A stretch of DNA of 62,815 bases, counting the filler. It is 9 parts of 9 records of this genome, joined end to end, with 100 filler letters (N's around TTAATTAATTAA, not from the genome) between each part and the next. Parts side by side here need not be neighbours in the genome. Positions count along the whole stretch, not along the records: positions 23,531 to 31,788 come from SRR7504441_3956; positions 31,889 to 37,256 come from SRR7504441_3959; 7 more parts are not named here. One strand, written 5' to 3'. Both the position numbers and the translations under genes were made by a program. Of this stretch, positions 23,431 to 34,800 are shown piece after piece. The notes beneath the pieces were generated by a model that searched no databases, had not been told where the DNA came from, and saw only the letters and a program-made list of their open reading frames with translations. The stretch's first letter is position 1, and the number at the start of each line of letters is the position of its first letter.

Positions 23431-23703
23431 NNNNNNNNNNNNNNNNNNNNNNNNNNNNNNNNNNNNNNNNNNNNTTAATTAATTAANNNNNNNNNNNNNN
23501 NNNNNNNNNNNNNNNNNNNNNNNNNNNNNNCGAAGCGGGCGTCACCTGGGGAAATTCCGATGCTTACTTTTCAGCGTCCACAACGGCAGCCGAGCCCGGT
23601 GTAGATAACGGAAGAGCGCCGGTGTGGCCCGAGGTCCGAGCCTGAGGCCTTGACCTCGCGCTTCATCAGATCAGCCCGCTGCGCATCGTGTTGAATCTGT
23701 GCG

Positions 23704-24404
23704 ATGCAGCTGGCCGAGGCCGAGGCCCGGGTGGCGGCGGGGACGGCTGCCGAGGCCGGGGAGCTGGGCGAGGCCGGGCTGGAGCACCACACGGCCCACT
23801 CGCTCCCGGCCGACCTGCGCCGGGCCTGCTTCGGGCTGCTCGAGCTCAACATGCGCCAGCTGTACGCTGACGAGTGGGACCCTCACGAGAAGCGGGCCGA
23901 CTTGCGCGCGCCCGAGGCCCGGTTTGTGCTGGCGGTGGGGCCCGGCCGGGGGCTGGATGGGTTCGCGCACTACCGTTACGTGATCGAGCCTGAGGAGTAT
24001 TCGAGCCGCGGGATCCCGGTGCTGTACGTGTATGAGATCCAGGTGGCCGCCCGCGCCCAGGGCCAGGGGCTTGGCCGGCGGCTGATGGAGCTGCTCGAGC
24101 GGCTTGCCGAGAGCTCTCGGATGAGCGGGGTGCCCCTGCCCGCCGGCCGGTCGAGTGGTGGCAGGTAGCGCTCACCTGCTTCAAGCACAATCTGCCGGCG
24201 CTCAGGTTCTATGAGCGGCTCGGGTACTCGCGCGCGGCCAACTCTCCGCCACACCAGCTGGACCCTGAGCCAGCAAACTTTGAGATCCTAAATAAGCTGT
24301 GGGAGCCGGGGGCAGCCGCCGTGCTAGAGGCCTGCTGCGCGCCTGGTGATCAGTCCGATAGTAATACGGTGGATACGTTACGCAACGAACCCACAATCGA
24401 ATGA
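23704..24404 (+). CDS. NAA40: N-alpha-acetyltransferase 40 (NatD)-like GNAT
   Basis: LLELNMRQLY..W, GFAHYRY, VLYVYEIQV...QGQGLGRRLM, a 35-nt intron, then VALTCFKHN.ALRFYERLGY and FEILNK. Confidence 0.85.
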
Positions 24405-24823
24405 AACTACTCGTGCTTCGCGGTGCTTTCGTACGAGTACGTACGTACTTCGAGTGACATTTGCACAGTGCTCGTAATAGTTTTGTATGTACATATTGTA
24501 CTTGTATACTACTTGACATCGTAATATTCGTATACGAAGCCGTGTGCACTGAATTGATTGCACTGAATTGTTGTCAGTACGAAGCCAGTAGACTGATACT
24601 GAGCTACTCAGGCTCGTATAACTTAGTATATTACTATCAAGTAAACTGAACTAATGACCGGACTACTCGTAGCTTAGGACTATTCGTAGCTACCGTAGAG
24701 CTGTACTCGTAGTATAGCTGTCGGACTAGGCTAAAACGCTTCTGAAGTCTTATTAAATGCAATTAAATTATCAGCCGGAGACGGTTGCTTGTCACTAGCT
24801 GGGCTTCCAGCTAGAGTGTGAGC

Positions 24824-26782
24824 TCAATACTGCCTGCTGGCCGCCTCGGCTGTCGGGCCGCTAGCCAGCCGGCCCATGGCCATCTCTGGCTGGGCCTGTC
24901 TGGACTCGCGCTCGACTTGCTCGCGATGGCACTGCCATGGCCGAGTGAGCCTTCAGCCTGGCGGCCACAGGGTTGCCTGGCCGCACATGAGCTCGAGCGT
25001 GCCGGTGAGCGGGTGCGGCTGCTTCTCGATCACGCAGCAGTTGTAGCACACCTGCCGCTCTCAGCCCGGGTGCTTCGGACTATACTGCTAGACTAGTACT
25101 TAGGCTATGCAGCGGACCACGGTCCCGCAGAATCGACAGTGGTGCCTCCGGAAGAAGATAGTGAAGCTCGAGTGGCACTGCGGGCACTCGTCCACCTGCA
25201 GCCCGTAGCTTAGAGTACTAGTATAGAGCACAGTGAGTGTGTGGAGCACCTCGCTGTCGTGCTGCCAGGTGACCCCAAACTTCTGGCCGAGCGCAAAGTC
25301 GTCCGGGTGGTTGGCTGCCATCTCTAGCTCGCGCTTGGCGATCAGCGAGATCTTCTCCCGGGTCTCCTCCGACCTACGAGCAGCTGCTTAGTACTACACT
25401 ATGTTGTACTAGGGCATACTCCAATTCCGGCTCTGACCTGGAGAATACGAGCAGCCCCTAACCCTAACCCTGAAGGCTCTGACCTGGAGAACACGAGCAG
25501 CTCCTTGGCAACAAACTCCATCCAGTCATCCAACGTCATCCTCCGGAGCACGCACTCGCCAGACCCGCGCGCGCCGTCCTTGCCCGCGCCGTGTGCCGGG
25601 TCGAGTAGTTGGTCGGTCTCTTCCGGCTCGATGTACTCTACGGCCGGGTGCGAGAAGAAGTCCCAGCCTTTGAGCTCGGTCAGCCCGCGCTGGATGAGCA
25701 GCTGCTGCAGCTCGGCGGTGGCCCACACGATCTGGCTGTGCACTATCAGCTCGTCGTTCTCCAGGCTGCTCCGGGCGGCCTCCTCGAAGATCTCCTGGCA
25801 GTCATACCCAAAGTCGTTTGATTCGACGTATGCCTTGACCAGGTCCTCAAATCGTTCGAATCTGGCGATCATCGCCTGTCCGAGCCGATGCTGCGCCACC
25901 CCGATGATCCAGATGGCCCAGCCGGCCACCACGTCCAGCCCCAGCGCGCAGCAGGCGCCCACGATCATCGCAATGTTGTCCTCTGTAGAGCCCGGCTCCA
26001 CGCCGTCATCAGTGTAGTACCTACTCAAAAACATCCAGCGCACCACGAAGAACACCGCCAGATTGGCTGCCACCGCCGCCAGCGCAAAGCAGCAGAAAGA
26101 GAAGCCGAGCAGCAAGTAGTAAATCGAAGCGTAGTGGAACCGCAGCCCGATGTTGCGCGCTGTGATCTCCTCATCGCTGTTGAAGATTCGTTCAAACGGC
26201 AAGCTGCACCCGGCGGTCTGGGCGAACTCCTGCAGCACCGTGTTGATCTGCTCCTTCTCCTGATCAAATTGAAACCCGACCCGCCGGCCCCGCCGACCGC
26301 TGGGCGAGACCGGCGCCGAGGCCTGGCTGCCGGGGCTCTCGAGCACGGCCAGTCCCTCCTCCGACCCGACCCTCGGCAGCGGGGAGCCGGTCGGCCCTGG
26401 GCTGCCGTTGGTGGGCGAGTCCGAGTTGGGCGAGCGCGGGCTGTCTATCAGGGCGGAGGCCAGCTGCTGGATCTTCTTGCCCAGCGACTGTCGGCCGGGT
26501 CGGCGGTGCCCTGCCGATCGGAGCTCGGCCCGCCCGGCGCTCTTGGGCGGCGGGGGGGACTGGTGCTCGGGCGGTGCCGCGGCCGCCTCCTCCTCGAGCG
26601 CGCCCTCGCATAGGATGCTCCCGAGCTGCTCGAGCGAGCTGTCGTCAAACAGCGCCTCCGGCTGATCCTGCCAGGCAGGCTCGCTCTCCGGCTCCGAGTG
26701 GAAGCTCGCCTGCGCAGAACTAAGCGGCCTGGGGCGGCGGTAGGCTCACCGTCAAGCCGTCTTGGGCGTCGTCCGGCTGCAT
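24824..26782 (-). CDS. Two-TM protein with C-terminal FYVE zinc finger
   Basis: Spliced WQHDSE|VDECPQC...RRHHCRFCGTV|VCYNC...MCGQ|CH, with two hydrophobic helices upstream. Confidence 0.8.
25429..25501. repeat. 27-nt direct repeat (1 mismatch) flanking (CCCTAA)2CCCT telomere-type repeat
   Basis: GGCTCTGACCTGGAGAA(T/C)ACGAGCAGC at 25429-25455 and 25475-25501; CCCTAACCCTAACCCT at 25456-25471. Confidence 0.9.
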
Positions 26783-27112
26783 CTCAGTGAGCAATAGCGA
26801 AGAGTCCACCTATTGCCCGCTTCATTTCTGGCAGGCAAATTGTCCAGCTGTGGTGTGTTTGGGTCAGGACTGGCTGCGGGTCAGTGCGGGAAGATCGGAT
26901 GCATGCACGAGTACTCGTAGACCTAAACTTAGTCTACGTAAGCTTGCAGTTACCGCACAATAGCTAAGTTTACGTGAATTGTTGACACCCACATACTCGT
27001 AATTATTCGTATAATCGAGCACTCGAATCTTAAATATCATTAAATGTCGGTAATCTATCGTTCAGCCTTAATTCAGCCTTCAGTCTAGCATGCAGTGATC
27101 AAGGTTCTCTCT

Positions 27113-30100
27113 CTATGATCCCGAAGCTAGCTTATCTGCCTTTAGCTGCTTCAGCTCTAAAAATCCGACAACGTCATCAAATGTGACACCTTCGTCGCAA
27201 GCTAGCTTGCTAACGAGCGCCTCTACCTCCTCCTCAGCTTGTGCACCAGTCAGCCCCGTCTGTTGCGTGTAGATCCATTGTGCCAACTGGCGGAGCTCAC
27301 TGCTATTGAGCGCACCATCTGCGTTATTATCTAGCTGTTGAAACTTTGTGTGAGTCTCGGCCACGCTTTGGATCAGCTTGGTCGGGCTGCTGACCACCGG
27401 GGCGGCTTGCTCTTGCTGAGCCTGTCGGCGCGCAGTCTCTTTGTCCAGCTTTGCAAACCGGTCGTCCATAAACTCGGCAAACTCGTCGAAACTGATCTGT
27501 GCGTCGCTGTCTTTGTCCAGCTTGCGGACCAGCTTCTCGGCCTCGATCTGCCTTTGAGCCGGGTCGATCGGCTCATTCTTGGCGCTAAAACTGCTGTAGA
27601 GCAAGTCGACGAGTGCCCGGATCTCCTGGGTGCTCAGCTTGCCCGAATTGTCCACATCCAGCTCCATGAACTTCTGATACGCCCTCGATATCGGCTGGCT
27701 GCCCGAACTTCCTGAGACGTCCACTGGAGCGATCTCGGGCTGCTTGACCGAGGTGTGCACGGGCGAGATATGGTGGTCTTCGTTCAAATAATCGGTGTGC
27801 TTGTGCCCTTTCTTCCGTCGGTTGGCAGCCACCTTGGCCGCCTGGGACGCCCGCTTGACAAAAAATGCCTCAAATTCTTCGAAAATGATCTTGCCGTCGT
27901 TGTTCACGTCGAGCTTGTGCATCAGCTTACCTGCCTCGATCTTGACTTGATCATCGTCAAGCTGGTTATCTTTGGTCTGAAACGATTGGTAGATCCACAG
28001 CGCCATCTTTTCTGCCTCCTCTGTGTCCAGCCACCCGCTTCCGTCGGCATCCAACTGCTTGAACTTGCGCTCGGCAAGCGTCAGTGTGACTGCGGGCTGC
28101 GGTGCTGGCTCAAACTTGGCCTGGGCCGCGGCCAGCTGATCATACTGCTTGGCCTTCTCGCCAAAGTAGGCCACAAATTCGTCAAAGCTCACCTGGCTGT
28201 CGCCATCCAAGTCCATCTCCGCGAGCATCTTGCCAGTCTCTAGCTCCACTTGGGCTGCAGACAGCTCAAGCCCACCCGGCGCGAACCCTCCAAACACTCG
28301 CCGGCCGAGCTCGCACAATTCGTCGCCTTGGAGCTTGCCGGAGCTGTCCAAGTCGAGCTGTTCGAACATCAGCCGCACCTTGGTCGTGTCCAGCTCGGCG
28401 GCCTCGCGGCTCACAAATGCCTTGTACTCGGCGCTTCGCCGCATCAGCTGGTTGAACAGTGCCTCAAATGCTTCGAAGCTCAGCGCCTGCTCGCCAACCA
28501 GCCCAGCGATCATCCTGCTGTCCGCATCGGCCGCCTGGCTGCCCATCAGCTCGAGCAGCGCCTTGCTCAGCTGCTCCAGCTCGGCCCCGGCAAGCTCGTC
28601 TGACCGGTCTTGGTCCAGCTGGTTGAACAACTTGCGCGCTGCTGACAGCGCCGGCCCAGGGTCAACTGGCGGCGTGGTCTGCATGGCCGGAGCGGCTCGC
28701 TCTGCAGCAGCAGCCAGCGCTCTCGCGGCGAGCTGGTCCACCAGCCGGCGGTCATTGAAAAACCGCTCAAACTCGTCAAAGCAAATCTTCTTGTCACCGT
28801 TGGTGTCGATCTCGCCCACGAGCCGGTCCACCTCCGCTGCTGCCACTTGCGCTGGGGCCTCGCCAGTCTGGGAAACTGCCCAGCTGACCAGCTGCTCTAG
28901 CTCTGGCCCGGTCAGCTGGCCGTCCTTGTCGGCATCGAGTGAATCAAACACTTGGCGTGCCTCATTCAGAGGAAGCTTGGCTGCAGCAGCTGCCTTGGCC
29001 TGCTCCAGCTTGATCTTTTCAGCCAGCAGCAGCTGGATAGCATTGTCCAGCAGCAGCAAGCCCACCCCAGTCGGTTGGGCCGGGGGCTCGTTGTCTTTGA
29101 GCAAATCGTTCAGCAACAGCTCGCAGTCAGCCGCCTTCAGCTTGTCGTCAGCTTGGGGTCCCGCCATCAGCCCGACCAGCCACTCGGCGATCTGAGGCAG
29201 TTGGCTCGAGCTCAGCTCGGTCGCTTGGCCAGACAACTGGTCGAACTGGGCTCTGAGTGCCTTGGAGAGCACAGCACTGTTCTCAACCATCACTTCGAGC
29301 CTCCAGCTGACCATCTGCTCGGCAATAGCACCAAGCCGTTCAGTCACCGTGTGCGGCACCGCTGGTGCTGGTGCAGCAGTCTGCCTGTTGGCGGCGGCCA
29401 GCAGTTGGGCGAGCTGGGCGGACTCACGCATGAAGTACAGCTCGAACTCGTCCCAGCTTACCCTGCCGTCCCTGTCGGTGTCGAGCGCTCCAATCATCTT
29501 GCTCGTCTCTGCTGCCATCTGCGCCTCACTGAGCGGCTCTGCTGCCTGCCTTGCTGCCTGGCCGTGCAACCACTCGCTGAGCTCAGCCAGCTGCGATGGG
29601 CCGAGCGAGCCGGAGCCATCCAGGTCGAGCATCTCGAACACGGCCTTGGCATCGCTCTGGTCCACCCTGGCCAGCCCGGCCGCCCGCTGCATTGCCGCCA
29701 CCGTGCGCGCTTCGAACAGGAGCGGCCAAAGCTGCTCAAACTCAGCCCAGCTCATCCTATCAGGAGCCGCCCCAGCCAACACTGCAACTGCAGCTGGCAG
29801 ATCGCCAGACTCGAGGCACTGAGTCAGCACCAATTCCAGTGGCTTGTCCAACGGAATCCGGCCCACCAGCCCAGCTGGCTGGCTCTCTGCGGCCTGCCAC
29901 GCAGCTTTAGCTAGTTGCATCGCCTTGGGCAGCTCTGGAGGTGGCTCGGTTCGGAGCCCCGGCAGTGCTGCGGCTGCCTGCAGCATGCCCGCAAGTCTGT
30001 CGGCTGCAGGCGGCTCGAACAGCATCTGCCTGATCGCGTCGAGCAGCAGCGCAGAGCTCCGGTTCCACTTGGGTGCCGCCGCCTGCTCCTGCTCGGCCTC

Positions 30101-31788
30101 CTTCTGGGCCCCGTCACACTCGAGTGCCACTGTGGCCTCGGCCGCGCGCTCGTCTGGATCCTTGGCGGCCTCGGCCTGCGCAGCCACTAATCTGTCGGTC
30201 AGCTCCTGCAGCCGCGCCGAGCGCTCGCCAAACATCTTCTCAAACTCGTCGAAAGAGATCTTGCCATCGCTGTTCGTGTCAAACCGGCTGATCATGGCTT
30301 TGCTCTCGGCCTGCACAGCCGCCTGGTCTAGTGGCCCTCCGTCGACCTGCAACTGGCCGAAGAACCAGTGGCACATCTCGCCAAGCTCCTGCTCGCCCTC
30401 GAGAAACCCGGAAGAGTCCGCATCGAGCTCATCAAACTTGGCGCGCGCCTCAGACGGGGCCGAGAAGAAGCTGGCCGAGGCCGCGGCCACCTTCTTCTCG
30501 TATTCGAGCTGGTGCTGGTTGAGCTGCTGGTAGAAATGCTCAAACTCTGGGTAACTCACGCTCTCGGCCGGGAGCATCTGGCGCAGCTTGGACCCGTTCA
30601 GCCGGATGATCTGCTCCGCCGACTGTCCGGCGTCCTGCACACCGGCGAGCTTCTGAGAGAGCACAAACGAGACAAACTCGAACAATTTGTCGAGCTCGGC
30701 GCCCTCGAGCTTGTCGTTCTGGTCAGCGTCCAGCTCTAGCCACTTCTGCCGGACCGCTGATAGGACCTGCTCGGGCGGCGGGATGTCCACGATTGCAGGC
30801 GGGCTGGCCTTGAAGAACCCCTGGCTGGCCTGCTTCTGCCCGGCCAGCGCGGCCTCGATCTGGCCCAGCCGGCCGGCTTTCTCCTTGAAGAATCGCTCAA
30901 ACTCTCGGAACGAGATCTTGTTGTTGCCATCTGCGTCGATTGAACTCACAAGCTTGGCAGTCGCCCGCTCGAGCTCCTCTGGCGACAAGGGCTGCCCGCG
31001 CAGCTTGAGGCCCGCGAGCGCCCACTTGCCCAGCTCAGCCAGCTCGTCGCCGTCAATGTAGTGGGTCCGGTCCTGATCAAGCTGACTGAACTTCTCTTTG
31101 GCGGCCGACATGTCTGGAGGGTTGGCGGCCAGCTGCTGCTCGATCTGGAGATGCACCTGGAGCAGCTGGTCCCACAGCTTCTCAAACTCGCCCCAGCTCA
31201 GCTGCAACCCGCTCAGCAGCAACAGCCGGGCTGACTTGCCTTGTCCGTGGGCAGCTGCTGCATGATCGTGTGCGCGTCCTTGGTGACCTCCTGTTCAGCC
31301 AGCCCTGGTCGGGCCACCTGCCTGTGAGTGTCAGCTGCGCCCAACGGGGCCGAACGAGCCTTCCGGAGCACAAACTTGGCCATTTCGGCCAGCTCGCCGC
31401 CCTCGAGTGCGCCCGAGCCGTCCACATCCAGCTTGTTGAACTCGACTCGCGCCTCCGAGAGCACTTCCGGCGGGATGCTGACTGTGGCTGGGTCAAGCGA
31501 CGCGAGCACTGGCTCCGGGATCCCCTGCAGGATCACAGGTGAATCCGGCAGTGCCTTGCTGCGTACAGTGATATCGGCGATCTGAGATTCAATCTTCATG
31601 TGCTTGAGCCGATCAGCGATCTCTGCGAGCATGTTTGTCTTGTTCAGAAAGTACCTGCAGCCAATCAGCTGCGCCCGCGCGGTCGGCCACCGTTCAAACT
31701 CCTCAAACGAAATCTTCTTGTCCCCATCTGTATCCATCGCCTGCACCAGCCTGGCCCGCTATCAGTCACTCTCCAAGCTCAGGGCCAC
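27113..31788 (-). CDS. Very large multi-EF-hand protein, 5' truncated
   Basis: More than 1500 aa made of repeated modules KF..LD.D.SG.L...EL / D.N.DGKISFDEF, roughly 20 EF-hand-like loops. Confidence 0.88.
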
Positions 31789-31888
31789 NNNNNNNNNNNN
31801 NNNNNNNNNNNNNNNNNNNNNNNNNNNNNNNNTTAATTAATTAANNNNNNNNNNNNNNNNNNNNNNNNNNNNNNNNNNNNNNNNNNNN

Positions 31889-34800
31889 GACTTCCAGGAG
31901 TGGTTCGTTCAAGATATCAACAAGCTGCTGGTCTCACACCCACCGGACAAGGTCGAAAAGTACAAGTTGCCAGACGGCACTGAAGCAAAAAGACCGTTCT
32001 GGACGCTCCCGAAGCGGCTGCCAGCAGCAATGCAGTTCGATCCATCGGATGAGATGTGCCAGAGCTTCATCTGGAGCGCTAGTCACCTGTATGCCAAGAT
32101 GTTTGGACTCGACATGGCCAACTGTCAGCCCCAGAGCCCAAATGATCCGGCCTCTGCAGCACAACTAGCCGCCGAATTTGATCGTGGCATGTTCGACGAG
32201 GAACCCCAGAGAACTCAAGACGAGCTCGTGAGAGAGCTGACTGAGGCGGCTGCGTCTAGCCAAATTGCGCTGGGCGAGGAAACGATGCTGTTCGAGGACG
32301 CATTCGAGAAGGATGACGATAGCAACTTCCATGTTGCCTTCATCACTGCAAGCTCCAATCTACGAGCTCGCTTGTACAAGATCAAGGAGGAAGATGCTTT
32401 CCAAACAAAGCTGATTTCTGGGAAGATCATTCCCGGTGCTGCTAGGTCTCTTGCTTTCTGATTGGGGCGGTCAGCCATCGCAACTACAACGTCTGTAGTC
32501 TCAGGGCTAGTTGTCATCGAACTGATCAAAATCGTCCAAGCCAGGTGACTAAGCTAAGCCTGTGCCGACAATACTTGGTTACAGGCAAAAGGACCAGATG
32601 CGTGATGCGAATGTGAACCTAGCGCTGCCGACTCTGATCCTGTTGGAGCCGGACAATCCGCGGAAGAATAAGCTCGGAAGCCTAGAGTTCACTGTCTGGG
32701 ACAAGATTGAACTCGAGGCCGGTCCAGGCATCACACTGCTACACCTGCTGCAAAGGTTGGCGGCCATGACTGGGCTCAAAGCAAGCGATGTGTATCGTCT
32801 TGAAACAGGCGACTGCGTATTCAAGGTCAACATTAGCTTCATTTCCTCGTGACTGTTGGCTTGTGGCAGGGTGGTACTCTTTACCAAGGTCTGCATGGCT
32901 GGAAGCTGGAGAAGACTGTGGCGGAACTGCTCGAGCTGGACCCGACCTCCACGGAGACTGTGGACCTGCGGGTGGTGTTCAAGACACCAGAGGGCGAAGA
33001 CGTGGAGCTGCCAGCAGACGTGGAGGCTCCACCGGTGCGGCTGGGGTTCCGCAGAGGTGGGTATGTTGTTTGTGGCGACCCTTGGAACGCGGACACCATA
33101 CCGATACTTTGTCTGCTGACCGAGGCCAAGATCGAGTATAAGCTCGAGCCTGCGCGCGCTGGCGGGCAAGTGGTCTTCCAGGATGCAGATTTCGAGGTCC
33201 ATGGATGCCAGGCGGCCATGAGGTATATTGCTGCCAAGCACGCACTGGACGACTTTTATCCTAGCGAACCAGTGCTCAGGGCCAAGGTGGACATGGCTAT
33301 GGAGTTCAGCCAGACCGTGCTTCAGCCGATGATCAAGCAGCTGCTTTTACCTGTTCTCGAACATGAAGGCCCCTCCCCATCGTGGGTGACCCAAAAGCAA
33401 TGGAATGCTGACAAGGAGGATCTATGCAAACAAATTGCCAATAGAGAGTGGCTGCCCTGGACCAGCGGCCAGCTGGTGACTGGACTGCCACACGCATCGC
33501 TCGGTGACATTACTCTTGCAATTCCCTTGGCGCTGTTTGAAATGATGCATCCGGCGCTCCCGGTGCTCGACTCGGATGAGCTCAGACAGTTCCTGGCTGC
33601 AACCCGTGCAGCATGTAAAAAGTGGATGCTCTACATGGCTCGTCCAAAGGTGGTTTACTCCGGATACGAGCTCAGCGTCCGGACAGACGACCGCTTACAG
33701 AAGATGGCTCTGCCGAGGGAGGCTACCGTTGCCCAGTTGATTGCCAAAGCCGAGGAGCTATCTGGCGTGCCTGCATCTCAGATTGCGATCAGGTGCGGAG
33801 GGTCACTCCCTGGGCGGCCTGTGGTCAACCTTATAGGCTTTGCTCACTGCCCTGCTACCGATCAATCGACGCTGCTCATGGACGCCGGAGTTGGCCCTAC
33901 TGATGTCGTTTTCGTGACCACCGCAGGGACAACCGATGGAGCTGCACCAACTGCTGTGCCGCATGTCTTACAAACAGGGTCGGGTCAACCACTACAGCGG
34001 CTCCCTACAGGGCAGCTGCAGTGTCCAGTATGTTTTAAATGGATGGCAGCTCATCTAGTCGCCACTCATGCCGAACAATGCGAGCCGGTCAACGAGCCAG
34101 TAGCCGCGCCACCTGGCGAGCTGACTCACGAGTCGGGTACAATTTCTGGAGCTGACGCAGAGGAACCTGTGGTATGCGTAGACGCACAGCTGCCAACAGC
34201 CCTGCTCCAGCGATCGTACACCTCGTACATGAAAGAGAAGATCTCTGAGGGCAAAATTTCGCAGGTTGTGCAAATTGACATGAAGAAGGCGGGGCATGTT
34301 TACTTCCGGGACTCCGACACAGACGCCCGGAACATCACTTATATCGCAAAGCATGTAGATCAGCTTCTCACTGGCCTGCCGCTTTCGCGGCATGGGTCAA
34401 TCTTCGTGGCCCAAGATAAGTCCAAGGAGCACTTTCTGAAGGCATTAATCATCGGACCAGTTGGCTCGCCGTACGAGAACGGTTGCTTTGAGTTTGACAT
34501 CATGATCCCGGTGCAGCCTGTGGCTGGTGCGGCCTGTGTCTAATAATACAGGGCAGGCTCAGTATCCCTCCAGTCCGCCCCTTGTGCAGCTCCGAACCAC
34601 CGCCCAGGGTGCTGTAAGGTTCAACGCCAATCTGTATGCCAACGGTAAGCTGCCGCAAGAATCGCGAGATGAGGCTTGCGTGTTTGTGTGCGCAGGGAAA
34701 GTCTGCCTATCATTGCTTGGCACCTGGTCTGGACCTGGGTGGGACAAAGAGAGATCGACGCTGCTCCAGGTGTTTTGTAGAACTGATGGTGGCCGAGGCG

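Noticed and set aside
28230-30533. Long antisense ORFs opposite the EF-hand, cyclophilin and other genes
   Set aside because: These are Ser/Ala-rich shadows expected from high GC3 coding, with no domain signal.
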